Made by a program: the position numbers and the translations under genes. The notes below the pieces were generated by a model. That model was not told the DNA's origin. It ran no database searches and saw only the letters and a program-made list of their open reading frames with translations. This document shows positions 36,556 to 50,644 of a stretch of DNA of 64,000 nt, piece after piece (position 1 is the stretch's first letter; each line of letters begins with the position of its first letter). Source of the DNA: Octopus sinensis (taxonomy: Eukaryota); contig NC_043006.1 in assembly GCF_006345805.1 (NCBI RefSeq), positions 43,958,001 to 44,022,000 of the forward strand, read 5' to 3'.

Positions 36556-39380
36556 CACACACACACACTTGGATTAGATACTTTACAGATGTATACCATT
36601 CTACCCAGAATTTGGAATGAGACTAAAAAACAAAATACAATACAAATCTTGTATCATTTAAAACTAAACATGGGCTTTTGACTTCGCTTGTGCCCCTGTT
36701 GGTTATCCCCTCCTCTCTCTCTCACTCTCTCTTAAAAAGCTGAATTTTTGTTTCAGAAAAAAAAAACCAGTAAAATGAAGCTATAGGGAATTGCCTCAAG
36801 AGTCTATGAGTCAGCTTGCCTTCAGTGTTCAGAGTTAATTAAGGTAAAAGTGTTTAATAATTCCAATTAACTAACACTACAGCAATACTCCTGCTAGCCC
36901 TACGCCTACCTTATTATACAAACACACAAAGATGCATGCATGCGTGCATGCATGCACACCCACACAGAGTTCCAAATAATAACACCACACTTCATTACAA
37001 ATAGTCCTAATACAAGCTTAAATTTACTTTGGAAATTGAGTTTAGAAAGCTAACTAAAAACCAAATTGTTTTGTATGCTTGTATGCCTGCATGTGCCAAG
37101 TTGTGCGTGCAAGTGTGTGTGTGCTTGTGCCTGGGTGTATGTGCGTAAAAACAAAAAAGAAAAAGAAAAAGAATAAAGAAAAAGAAATCAACTCTGGCTT
37201 GTTTAAATTCTCAATCATGAAATTCAGTCTGATCACCGTCCATGATTAAACAGGCAAGCAGTTTGTATAAAGAAAAGAGAACTGCAAATTTACACAACTC
37301 TCACTTTCTGAAGCTTCAGGGTGCAAAACAAGCATCCCAGCATCATGAAACTATTTTGGAAAATAAATTACAAATAATAATAATAAAACAAATTGAAAAT
37401 GGAAAAAAAAAACAAAACGGAAAAACAAACTGTAAAATAAATATAATTTTAGGGTTTTTATTTTTTTTGCTAGTTTGTTTTCCACTTATTTTTTTCTTCT
37501 TTGTGATTGGTTTTTGAATTTATTAATTGCTGGTTAACTTTCCAAATTATACTAATTGTAAGTGAAAACGAGAAGTGGAGAAGACAAGGAAAAAGGAAGA
37601 AGAAAAAGAAGAAAGAGAAGAAGAAGGAGACAAGTTTTTGAAAGGATACCAATAGACAAGTTTTTAGCAAATCAGCAATAGGGTGAGTGCATGCTGATCT
37701 AATTATATTACCATATTACGAGCATTATATATTCATCTTTTTAGCCTATTAAGTAAATTTGCAATGCTAAATACAAACAGGCGGGAGTCAGATTATTATC
37801 AGAGAATAACCAACACCACCATCACCACCAGTACCATCAACTATTGTTATTCTTGTCATTTTCCCCCATCTTTACAAAGATATATATTTCCAGTACTGGC
37901 TGTTTTACTTTGATTTGCTTCTTTGCTTTTTCTTTTTTTTCTTTCTTCTATTTTATGTTATTTTTATTTTTGTATTTATTTTGTTTTGATTTCTTCGAGT
38001 ACAAATAACATGAGATTTATGAAATTCATTTTAGACATCACAACAGTTAACTGGAAAGAAGCAAGAACGAAATCAGATAAATTTCTAGATATTTTTCTCA
38101 AAGTAAGAAAGCAGAAGTGTAGTGAACATTAATCTGCGTAATCTTTTACACTGAAAGATTAGATAAATATAACAGATAGGAGCAGCGCGGATAGCAACAG
38201 CAACAACAAATTACCAACGTGATATCGTTTGGTTAGCAATGAATGTATCATTTTTATACAAACTCAAGTTATGGAAAATCACACATACACACACAAATTC
38301 ATACATCTCTGTGTGTGTATGTATGTCTGCATATATATATATATATATATATACACATACACAAACACACATATATACACACACACACTAAATCTTACAT
38401 TAAGTACCAAAATACATATCTTGAGAGAAATACATTAAATCTTAGCACCCTTTTGCAGCAAGAGAGAATGCAAAAGACCTATTAACAGCCTTTACAGGAA
38501 AATAAAACAAACTATGATATCTTCTTATAAGACAAATTTCAGAGAAATCTATGTGAAATCAGAATAAGATTGCTAGTAGTTGATTTGAAAACATAAATTG
38601 GTTTACTACAGGAACTTGAAACGTAATTTAAGAAGATTTAGCAGTATCTCCAACAGAATACTAAACCGAAAATAGAATTAGAATAGCTGAATGCTGTTTA
38701 GAACCTAAAAAGTAATGCAAAAATACAACTGTAATGTGATTTAAGTTTTAGTTTATCTCTATAGAATAGAAAAGGACATTCAAAAAAACTGACGATAAGA
38801 AGTTGGAGAGGATTAAGGAGGTTTGTACAGAAAAGTAAAATTGTACAAAAGATTAGTCAAGTGGAGAGACTATGAGAACCGAAATATCAACAGCGAAGGA
38901 ATGAATAATATAACAAGTAAGGTGATGAAAGAAACAAGGAACAGTGTAGAAGAGTTGTTCGTATAAACTAGAAACAAAATCAAAAATATGATGAAGATAT
39001 ATAGAAATAAATAGGATTAGTTGGACTTCATCAAATTATACAAAAGTACTCTGAATTGAAAACTAAAATGGCTTTAGAAGATCTTCTAAACCAATCAATT
39101 TCAACTAAGTTGAGAGGTGGGGGGAAAAAAAATTTTGTTGTTGAAATATTTGTACTGAAATAAAAAACATTTTATAAAAAAAATATGCGCAGGCATGGCT
39201 GTGTGGGAAGAAGCTGGCTTCCCAACTACATGGTTCCAGGTTCAGTCCCACTGTGTGGTACCTTGGGCAAGTGTCTTTTACTATAGCCTCAGGCCAACCA
39301 AAGCCTTGTGAGTGGATTTGGCAGATGGAAACTGAAAGAAGCCCATTGTATGTATGTATGTGTATACATATATATATATA

Positions 39381-39625
39381 TATCTGCAAATATAATATGT
39401 GACACTTATTCAGTAGCCATGATAAAACTCTGAGTTTCAGATGTCGGTACAGAAACCCACGCCGCCATCTCTTCAGTTATCCAGCCATCGGAAAAATGCT
39501 CCTTGTAATTTTCTCCAACAGTTTCTCAGAGTATAGATCCCTTGATGGTATAGGTATGTTTTTCATAGAATAATCAATGTAGTAGGCGTCCATATTGAAT
39601 TCTTCTGCAGGGCAGAGTCCTTAAC
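39381..39625 (-). mobile_element. Penelope-like element (PLE) fragment, probably a pseudo-LTR
   Basis: Minus strand encodes MDAYYIDYSMKNIPIPSRDLYSEKLLEKI, resembling the YSxKNIPIPS...Y...LIEK N-terminus I recall for some PLE reverse transcriptases. It is followed by a hammerhead-like fold. Confidence 0.65.
39414..39488 (-). ncRNA. Putative type I hammerhead ribozyme (one-nucleotide core deviation)
   Basis: RNA: GAUAA-CUGAAGA-GAUGGCGG[loop]CCGACAUC-U-GAAA-CUC-A-GAG-UU-UUAUC. Stem I GAUAA/UUAUC, stem II 7 of 8 pairs, palindromic stem III ACUC/GAGU, triplet GUU. Confidence 0.55.
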
Positions 39626-40273
39626 TACGTACGTACGTACGTATGTATGTATGCATGTATGTATTTGTTATTTCTGTCTGTCTTTGTTTGTCCCCCCCAC
39701 CACCATCGCATGACAACCGATGTTGGTGTGTTTATGACCCCATCACTGAGCAGTTCGGCAAAAAGAGACCAACAGAACAAGTACCAGGCTTTCCAAAAAA
39801 TAAGTCCTGGGGTCGATTTGTTCAACTAAAGGTGATGCTCCAGTATGGCCACAGTCAAATGACTGAGACAAGTAAAAGAATAAAAGACTAAAGCAGCATT
39901 CATGTAAAGTCATATTTAGCACGTTTGAGTGCATTAACTATGTTCTTGACAGACTTGGTGTGCATTGCTGACAAAACGAAATGACGCAGAAATGCATGCA
40001 TTCCATAAGTTCATTCACAGTCCAATATGTATTTTTCACACAAGTCGTCTATGAGAAAATTCTTCTTCCAGGACTACTTCCACAGTGGAAGGCCATCTTA
40101 CATCCAAATACACATAGACATGTTAAATATGACTCTACACAAATATAATTTATATGCTTTTGCTTTTGTATATGAAAAGATTCTCTCTTCAACATTGTTT
40201 CATTTCATGTCCTATTGTTTCATTTGTTTCATTTCATGTCCTATTAAAATAAGGGTGGCGGATGGGTTTTTAA

Positions 40274-40477
40274 CCCAGTAGCATTTAAACCAGCCATATC
40301 CAGTCCAACTATTCTACCTGTTTTGTAGTAAAAAATGGACAAATCTGGCCTCTTACACCTACCCTACAAAGTCATTCTAAACATAGACAAATTGTGGAGC
40401 TACATGATAATGCATAATTCAAAACAAAATGAATAAATAAGCATTACATTTGACAGGGTACTCTGAATGCTAAAGGA
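40274..40477. mobile_element. piggyBac-like MITE family P1, copy 2
   Basis: TTAA-CCCAGTAGCATT ... AATGCTAAAGGA-TTAA. Confidence 0.75.
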
Positions 40478-40712
40478 TTAAGAAGGAGTTCTGTGATTTT
40501 TCGTCGAAGGGTCAGCAAGATTGTAGAGTCTGCTCTATCATTCTTGGTGGTCTTTGAAATAATCAATTCCAGACACAAGAAAGCAGTACATTCAGATATA
40601 CTTTCAATTTCTTGGATAAAATTTTAGTCTAATTTCTTAGCTGTTTCAGAAAGCAGTTCTATAGGATATGAAATTTTTGAATTATAATCTGTTGTAATGT
40701 GTTCAAATTTGT

Positions 40713-40746
<34 letters not shown>

Positions 40747-43507
40747 TATACATGAACACACACACATACACAATGCTAGCATGTATAATGGAAATAAAAT
40801 TATCTCAATCTACAAGAAAATAAACTGGGAATAAAATAATGAATTATTATTACAATTATTATTATTATTATTATTGCTATTCAGGGAGAAGTCAGTAGAT
40901 TGAACTTATTGGAAAACATCCAAATGAAATTAAATGACAGAAGTAAGAAATTTTCATTTTCTATAAGGACAAAAAAATATATGCTCTAGACCACGTGGTT
41001 GTTGCTGTCTACCAATGAATCAACTTTGATTCAGTGGTTCCAATAGTGGCCATCCCATCTTTCCGTCCCTCCCCATCCCCTACCTTTCCCCACATAATGT
41101 ACCCTTCACTGTATTATTCAAATGCCCTCCTTTTAGTAATTTCCAAAACAGGACAGTGTGGTTTGCGAAAGATTTGGTTGCTAGTGGTTTAGTTATGAGG
41201 TGAAGATTTTCACTGCACAGAAGAGACCATTAATGAGAGATGGAAGAGGGGGGATAGGGCAAGAGAGTAGAGTAGAGATTGATGGGTAATTTGAACAACA
41301 AATAATAGGACAACATAAATAAGTTAGTACTAAAATTAAATCCAAGACAAAAAGACATTCCACATTTAAAATTTTTTTTTTTTTAAAGTTAAAATTACTA
41401 GTGAGAAGGGGATGGTTAACCTGGAGAAGGTTGGTGCAAAAGTTGACTAGCAACAGGAACAATGCATTTTACTAACACAGATTCTACAGGGAGGAAGTTA
41501 AGTAAAATTGAAACTCCCACAAACCTGTACTTTCCGCATGACTCTTTTGCATTTGAAAAGAAGGAGGCCGAGAATTTCTGGCAGGAGTGGCTACAAAAAT
41601 ATAAATCTACATAAAGCAACAGAAAATGCTGACTCTAAAACTAAGGTTATCTCATTAGAAAAAAAATAATTAGGAAGAGAGGGGAGAGGAGAAAGGAAAT
41701 AGTACTGCACGCACACGGACAGGAGGAAGAGGAAATAATCAACAGCTTAAACAGGTACTGATTATTATGAAAAGTGTATGTAAATACACACGAGTACGTG
41801 TGTATGCACGTGCGTGCATGTGCGCAATGTATGTATAAGTATCATTTGCATACATAGGTAACAATGCTCTATCTACTGGTAATTTTTTTTCTAAATAACT
41901 AATTAATGAAATAAGATATTCAGGATATCTCTACATTGAAAATGTTCTGTTGTTGAGGCGCTGGTTGCCATTGTTGTCGAATTTCATTTATTTACTGATT
42001 TATTTAATTATTTTCGTTATAATTTGAGATGAATGGAAAGATAATCAACAGCAAGCAGGAATTCCTCTGTAATTCAGGGATCATTTTCAACAACAACAAG
42101 TATTAATCTAATTTATGGATCATTTTACATAATCATTTTTACCATCGACAGTAATGCAGAGACACTGTTGTTATGGAATCATTGTAATATCTTCTTACAT
42201 TCATCCCTCATTTTTCCCTCCAAATTACATTGATTAAAAGTGAACTGAAATCTGAGAAGACAGCTTGGGAAGTAGGGAACCATTTATTATAAAGAAATAC
42301 TGGAAATGATATAAGAAAGTTCAGAAAATGTATTATTTCATCTTTGCAAAAATGAAACAAAGAACTTTCTTTTTTCTTTTTGTTTTGTTCATTTATTTTT
42401 CTCCCCAAAATGAAAAATTTTGCTCATGTTCACTTTTGAGATTTAATAATAAACAATAAATAAATATATATATAAATAAAATTAAGCCAGAATGAAGTTG
42501 CAAAGGAATCATAAAAATGGCCAAAAGAAAGTATGAAGAAATTTCTTCTTCCCAAAATTATAAATTGAAGCTTTGTTTATTGTTTTTTTTCCTCTTCTTT
42601 TTGCAAGAAAAAAAAATGATAACAAAATGAAGACAAGCAAATTGAAATAGACAGGAATGGAAGGGTAGATGGTGTGATATAAATTTGAAAGAATTTCTAT
42701 GAATTTCTATGGGTGAGGGGCAGTAGTTGAAGACATAACATTTTAATGTGGCAAATTTAGAGGATAGAGAAGTTAATTTAATAGCAGTTCTATAACCCTA
42801 GTAGTTGAGTGCCTTTGGGATAAGCATCTTAACTAGGTGATGTTTAAGTGAACCTCCTGAAAAAATACATATAATGGTGAATAATCTTCAACGGAGCATT
42901 GGAAGATACTTGCTTCTGTATATATTTTGGTGGGAAGGAGAGAGGAAATCACTTATTGAATTAGGAAAGAAATTTGAGTGAATCGATAAAGACGGTGGAA
43001 GTCACAAGGCATTTTTGGTAAGCTGTAATGGTAGAAGGATGCAAATTAAGGAGAGAAAACATTGCAAATGAGAAAATATGCACAGGTCAGACAACAGATC
43101 AAATATTTTTCTATCTGTCTAAGTACACATACATCATATACTCACAGAGATACACACAACAATGGGGGAAGAGAAATCAAGCATGAGAGCTAACACAAAC
43201 CTAATGCTAAGTGTAAGTAGAACAAATATACATTTCATACACACTAAGACATACAGCTGCATACATTTATATAACTGCAATACACACATAAACACACATT
43301 CGCACGTGCCCGCGCGCGCGCACACACACACACACAGAGGCACCTGTAATAAAGAGATAACATTTCAAGAATGTACTTCAAGCATTCAAACAAACATGTG
43401 TGTACACAGTTTTAAGTTAAATAAAACATGTGAAAAAGAATGTTATACACACACACACATTCACTTACCACATGTATATACACACATACAGATGCATATA
43501 TATACAT

Positions 43508-43547
<40 letters not shown>

Positions 43548-43556
43548 GTGTATATA

Positions 43557-43604
<48 letters not shown>

Positions 43605-43933
43605 ATATATAGCGCAACCAAAAGCTGGAATGATAAAGAAGAAACAGCACTTTCTACATTGTGCAACCACTCTGAAGGAGAACCAACAACACTCAAAACA
43701 GTGCATATATCACAAAGAAAAGAAAGTGCATAAATTGCATTAGCAAGTCGTTCAAGTTTGGCCACACAAACGTACAACGAATATCAAACAAGCATACACA
43801 AATTAACAGATGATACACAGACACACACACACACACACATACACACACACACACACATACACACACAAAACACTCTTAATATGAAAGAGAAATTAAATCT
43901 AATTTTGAAGAGCAAAACAACAACAACAACAAC

Positions 43934-43982
<49 letters not shown>

Positions 43983-44140
43983 GAATAAATAAATAATATA
44001 ACAACACTAAGAAGTGAAGCGTGCAAATTTGCTTGTAAAAGCAAGTAGCTGCATCAGTGTTTTTGTTTGTTCAATGTCTTTATTATGTTATTGTTGTCAT
44101 TATTATTATTACTATTATTATTATCATTATTATTAATATT

Positions 44141-44828
44141 CAGGCAGTGAGATGGCAAAATTGTCAGCACGTCAGACGCAATGCTAAGCCGCATTTCTTC
44201 CAGCTCTTTGCACTCTGAGGTTCAAATACCACCAAGGTCGACTTTGCCTTTCATCCATTCAGTGTCGGTAAATTAGGTACCAGTTAAGCACTGGGGTCAA
44301 TATAATCGACTGCCCCACCACCACCACCACCACCACTAAAAATTGCTGGCCTTATATCAAAATTTGAAAATCCACCATTTATCAATTATTATTATTATCA
44401 TTATTATCATCAGCAACATCAAGGTGGCAAGCTGGCAGAAGTGTCAGCATACTTAGCAGCATTTCTTTACGTTCTAAGTTGAAACACTGCTGAGGTCAGC
44501 TTTGACTTTCATCCTTTTAAAGGGTCAATAAATAAGTAGAAGTTTAGCAAAGAAGTCAATTACACTGACTCCCCCTTATCCCTAATACAGCTGACCTTGT
44601 GCAAAAATTTAAAATTATGATTGTTATCATTACTATAATTATTATTATTATTAATGTAGTAAGCTGGCAGAACCATTAGCATGCCAGACAAAATGCTTCG
44701 TGGCATTTCATCTTGCTTTCCATTCTAAGTTCAAATACTGCCAAGGTCAACTTTGCCATTCATCCTTTTGGTGTTGATGTAATCGACTGGCTTCTTCCCT
44801 CAAAAACTGCTAACCCTGTGCCAAAAAT
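44141..44828 (+). mobile_element. Three head-to-tail SINE family B (B2) copies (44141-44370, 44421-44614, 44654-44828) separated by (TAT)n
   Basis: Each has (G/A)CTGGCAGAA or a variant, GTTCAAAT or a variant, CTTT(G/A)(C/A)CTTTCATCC or a variant and a B2 tail. Confidence 0.85.
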
Positions 44829-46119
44829 TATTATTATTATTATTATCATCATCATTATTATTATTTCCATCTGTCACAATGATGGTAGCAAAAGGACACG
44901 ACTTACATAGAGAAGGTGAATTTTAAAAACATGTCTTACCTTCATGTATAACCATAGATGACAAAGTTTCTAAAGTGTCTGGATTATAGTTGCTTGGTCT
45001 GAAATGGTTAAAGAGAAAGAGAGAGATCATAAGATTTTTAAAAATTGATAAATAAAATAAAACATAACATAAAAAATAGAACTTTCAATATATATATATT
45101 TCAGATACAGGATTGAAAATTGAAGAGAAAAGAAAAGTTACGAATTTTTCCTTTGTGCTTACACACAAATGGTGAGGGCTATAATTATTTATATACAATA
45201 TTGCTAAACATATATAGAAAGAAGAAACAAAACAATAACAGAAATATATTTCCTAAAAATGAGAATCGAAACAATATCTATTTATCCATATGAAAGTAAA
45301 CAGCGAGTATCAAGAAATATTATCAAACTTGTTGGGCTCGAATAACACACTTTGATTTCTTTTTTTTTTTTTCTTTTTTTTTTTTACATTTCTTCTCTCC
45401 AGCAAAAATAAGTAACATGTGTGAACTCCATCAAACTGAAATAATTCCAAAGTATACAAACCAAGAACTTCACAAAAATGACTGCTAACACTGAAAGAAA
45501 AAAGTGTGTGCATGTGTGTCCACACACAAAGATGGGTGATATCATGTGTGTGTGTGTGTATAAATGAAATCTCGTAGCTAATGGAGCGAAAATGAAATAC
45601 AGCTAAGCAGATGATTGCCAAAATAAAAGCGTTTAAGCAATGAATATTTCATTTGATGGTAGAACTTTTCATCTGGAATGGTCTAGTCTTGGCCTGTCTC
45701 ATTTGATTCTAGACTTGGTTAGAACCATGATTAGATAATTTGATTGAATGCAACACAAATAAGATAATAACTTTGGTGCTTGATTTATAAAGACACTGCT
45801 AAAAATAATAAAAATACAAAAATGTGTGTTTAATCTTTACCATAGTGAAACGGTATGTAGCATTTTGGAGGGTGGGGGGGGCCTTTTTATCACCAAAGTT
45901 TAATTAATAAAATAACCATATAACAAGTTATTTTGAATTAATTTAAAACAGTTGTGATTTCTTGTTTTCAATTTGGTTTTAAACTGGGCATTAAATTAAT
46001 GCTGAGAAAAGCAGAAATCAAGATGGGACTATTATCAACATTATTGTAATGCCCACTTTTCCAGGCTTGCATGGGTCTGACAAAACTTTGATGAAGCAGA
46101 TTTTTTTTTTTTTTTACTA

Positions 46120-46274
46120 CAACAGGATGTTATTCTTGTCACCAATATCTCACCTGTTTCCAGGAAAATAGTATTTCTTCTAGTCTATCAAACAATAAAC
46201 GACCTGGACATGGTTTTCTCAGAGAATTGTAAACAAATGAACCATTTGTATGACTGGTGACTTTTGCTTACAAT

Positions 46275-46280
<6 letters not shown>
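46120..46280 (-). repeat. Family C variant fragment (also at 58690-58800 on - and 60600-60760 on +)
   Basis: Shared CTCACCTGTTTCCA...ATATTTC...GACATG(G/T)TTT block. Confidence 0.55.
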
Positions 46281-46305
<25 letters not shown>

Positions 46306-47789
46306 ATGGACTTCTAATGTTCCGCTATCAAATTTCACTCACAAAACACTAGCCTGTCTGCAACTGTAACTGAAAGCACCTGGACAGTGTCCAGGTAAGT
46401 AGGTCTGAGCTCTAAACAACATGGTTGCAAAGCAAAGTTTTTAATAACATGATTGTGTCTAGAGTCATAAGTGTATAAAAAAGTGTGAAAGAAAACAATA
46501 TACAAATAAAATGAAAATTTATAAACTTTTAAATATTTATTTGATTGCCAAATGTGAAGTTTGTTATAAGCACTTCAAGCTTATTTCTTGCATGTCCAGA
46601 TTTTCTTACTCTCAGTAAATAAGACCCACAGTACTTGAAGTCACTAACTACGTTGGGTTATGTGCCATTTTTAAACAATTTGATCATGTGAGGTCAATTA
46701 ACAAACTATACTAGAACGAAGAAAGCATTTAAAATGAAGAAAAATATATAAATAACTGGTGTACACTTGTGAATAAATGAAAATTCAACATCATCATAGT
46801 AACAGCAGTCATTTTTAATAGAAAAATCTTCTGTATGTATTTACCCAGAAGCAAAGAATAACTATCAGGCTTATATTTATTATGCCACAGGTAGTAATGT
46901 TATCTGTCTGTTTATATATGAAAATTTACATCCAATTGAAAACTTAAAGTCTACTTTGCGACTGAGTCCCTAACCTTTAAACCATATAAACACTGCAGCA
47001 AGTTTCAAGTAAACTACTCAAGTATATTATACAATAGACCACTGACATTTATTTTGTAAACCTTGAAAAGATCTAAGATCTTGTTGATCGAGGTGGAATT
47101 TGAACTGGCTATTCACATTCTCCATCGGCATTGTACCACAGTACAAGATCAATTATCCATTTTATCTGAGATTAACTGAAATAAATTGGATTCAATTCTT
47201 ATGTTGTTCAGCATGCAACATATACTACACTGTGGTGAGTTATTAGAATTAAAATATAGAAAATTCCGTGATGAAAAGATTTCTATAGAACAATCTTACG
47301 TAAGAGGTAGGTGAATGTGTTGTGATGTACACTATCAGCTGTACAAGCTTTATTTAAACATTTGAAAAATAGAGAAAGGACCAAATGTCTCTTTCTCAGA
47401 ATGAGTTGTTTATAAACTTGCAAATCCATTATATAAGTATTACTACCTAACACAAATCTAGAGCAGAGACTGATTCAGAAAATTATTCACATTAAATTGA
47501 AAATTTATATTGAAACTCTAGTGAATGATGGAAATAATTTTTTTTTCTCTCCCCAACAAAATAACATCTTACATATTAAGCTATGTTGACAGCCTACAGA
47601 ATATTGTTAGACAATCTTTGTAGCAGTGAAAGATTATTAACTCTATGGTTGGTATTAGAAATGGGAGTTAGCTAGTTAATCTGTATAATCTTTCCTTTAA
47701 CAGAATGTTACACAAGTCTATGCAATTTCATCTCAATCCTATTATACATTTGGGGCTGTGTTGACAGGCAAATCTAACTAATCTAGTGG

Positions 47790-47950
47790 GTTCAAAAGAA
47801 CAGCGTTTTCATCGAGGGGTCATACTCTGAACAGAATGTAAATTGCATGAACCAAAACTTGCTCGAGGAACATTCCTCATGACCAAGTTCTCCAGAAGTT
47901 TCAAGTTAAGTCATGTTGAAACCATTCTGTTAATGTGACATCGTCTGAGG
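47790..47950 (-). repeat. Diverged homolog of the 19319-19520 segment
   Basis: Reverse complement aligns by eye with 19350-19515. Confidence 0.6.
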
Positions 47951-49440
47951 CAACCACAACAACCAAATCAAGAGCTAAACATAGGGACTATGAAATATTG
48001 GAATAAGTCTATATTTCAAAAGCTAAACACAAATATTCAATAAGCACCATGCTTGTATCTTGACCAAATAAATGATTATAGAGATGAGAGCAGAGAGAAG
48101 AATGTTACAGTTAAACAAGTCTAAGGTTAGAGTACTTGTCAGTGAAACTATTAAATCTGAAAGAACCTCCAGTGATAATACTAAATTGAAAATTCAGACA
48201 GAAGACATAAATCTCTACTTTAATAACTCACGCAGATGTTGGGGAGGGGACATTCATAATTAAACGGATTTTAATGTTATATTTCATTTAATCCCCATTA
48301 GTATAACATTTGCAATTAGTAAACCAACCAGGTTAGGCTTAACTTTTTGAATATGATGCTTTTATGTCAACCACAACACTAAATTAGCTTCTCCCTTTTT
48401 TTGTGTTTTACTTATTTGTTCTGCTCGCTGACATTAATTACAAACTATCATATTTTCTTTTCAATTTACTGTATGTGACAAATCTTGTGGCAGGAAACTT
48501 TCCTACACCTCAACACAACAACCTTAAATATGTCAGTGTTTGTTCTTTTGCTATTTTGTTATTTTTTTGGTTTTTCATTTGGGTTTTTTTTTTCCTGCTT
48601 TTATTTATAGAGCAAATTCATTTCAATAACAATTTTATATATTTCTTCATATTCTTTCCATTTATAGAAATACTGTTTAGTGGAAATCTATTTTGTCTCA
48701 TAAGAACGGACACATTTAAGCAATTTTATAATTAAAAACAAAAGAAGAAAAATCAACAAATTAAAAAATACTTTATCCTTTAAAAATAGGATTTGCATTA
48801 ATAGGAAAAAGAAAGCTGTTTTAATTCTTGAACTCTGGACTAATACATAATTCATCTTAGAATTTTACTGGACACATGCAACAAATAAATTAATTACAGC
48901 TAAGTTTGAATTTGGAGATTAAAATAAAATAAAATGGAAAGGAAGGAAATTACAAATTTCAAATTGACTAAAATTATGCAAATTTTAACTGCAAGAAAGT
49001 GAGAGTGTTTTTGAATGCTGGAAAGTAGAGTAGCTATATGTACCAATGATTCATTTTTTGAATGGAATCAAACCTGGGGGGGGGGGGAATAATTTTGAGT
49101 TTGCATTCAGACAATGACAACAGAGGTTATAAGATTAGCTAAGCGATATAGTTGAGATGTAGTCAGGAAATACCCATGGAGAACAAGGAGAAAATAGGCA
49201 ACTAACTTTCAAGGCCTGATAATAAAAGGATTAAGAAAAATTCATATCAAAACAATCATTGGACTGGATTGCTCATGTTCAGTCAACTGCAGGATGAGGG
49301 CCTCCGCATGCTCTCTCCACCAACCATGGTCGAGTGTGTGTGGGCCATGAATCTGAGTTTGAGATCATACTGATTTGATGAGCCTACTTGGCCACACTGG
49401 CTTGACAGAGGAATGCAGTTTTTATACTCATACTCAGGAG

Positions 49441-49612
49441 TAGTTAAGTCGATTACATCGACCCCAGGGCTCAACTGGTACTTATTTTATTGACCCTGAA
49501 AGGATAGAAAGCAAAGTCGACCTCAGCAGAATTTGAACTCAGAATGTAAAGACATGAAATATTGCTAAGCATTTCACCAAGCATGCCAACAATTTGGCCA
49601 GCTCGGCACCTA
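49441..49612 (-). mobile_element. SINE family B, tail missing
   Basis: gtcgattacatcgacccc...aaagtcgacctcagcagaatttgaactcagaa...ggccagctcggcacc. Confidence 0.85.
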
Positions 49613-50644
49613 AGAAAATCATATTACAGTTAAAATTTTATGGATATAGAATGAACTGACAGCTTCTGTGTTTTATCTATAAAACAGCTGATGTATAACA
49701 TTCTCTTAACAACAACAAGTAAAGGAAAGCAAGAGCGTGTATACAAGAGAGGTTCCACTTTACTCAGTCCCAATCCGAAATATTAATGGAATATTGTCAT
49801 GTAGTATAGTAACATAAGGTTCCCAATAACATTTTAGAGTTCGTAGCCAGAGGAAATGAATTCTAGTAATGGGTTTTTATGAGGGTCAACAATATCTCAA
49901 GAAATGGTACAAAATCAAATATAGAAGCTAATAAAATCATCATTGTATCAATTTTGTATATTATTGGTTTTAGCTGGCAAGTGAAATGGAACAGAATATT
50001 TCAGACTCTTAGCAAAGACTAGTTACCAATTAACATGTATTTTCATTTAAGTTGTTTATAATATAACATCTGCAAACAGCAAATGAAATAGGACAGAAGT
50101 TAAGAAAATCAACATATTTATGCATGTTTCTCTTTAATTACATCTCTAAAACCTTGATTATTTCAGGTATTATATTATACCTACAAAACTTGTCTTATAA
50201 ATATCTTTAAAAAGTGTTCAGCTAATCTCCATAGTAACATAGAAGAAGAGAAGAAAAAATAACTTAATCTAAAAGCTTTCAATAAAACTGCACAGAATTA
50301 TTATGTTTCAAATCTTGTGCATTCAAATTTTAGATTTCTACCAAACAAAACTTTCTATTTTGCCTTCAACAATGAAATACCTCTGTAATTAATATATATG
50401 AATGTTATTTCGATTCATCTCTCTTATTTATAAATATCGAAATTACTCTAAAATCCACTAAAACACAGGGAAATACTTATATTGAGGATAATTTATGTTG
50501 AGACTGTCTCAAAATAACAATAAATTGCTTAGATAAAAGGTTTCTGAACAAAGTGCATGCAGTTTTAAACCGAATTCCAACTGAATTCATTGCTTATCAG
50601 TTCACTTAACTCACTCGGTACATTTTTATTCTTAGAAATTTGTA

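Larger units (their letters stand above)
39187..39890 (+). mobile_element. SINE family A interrupted within its internal microsatellite
   Basis: Head at about 39187-39350 and 3' half at about 39660-39890 are both on +, separated by a foreign ~245-bp insert. Confidence 0.88.

Noticed and set aside
38560-39000. Possible very old LINE RT remnants (KLERIKEV-like; also LQLNKSKVRVL at 48072-48263)
   Set aside because: Motifs are too short and degraded to call without a profile search.
39521-39552. 32-nt + strand micro-exon (FSEYRSLDGI) with good AG and GTATGT sites, reminiscent of peroxidase YRxxDG
   Set aside because: It lies antisense inside the Penelope-like insert, which explains the sequence better.
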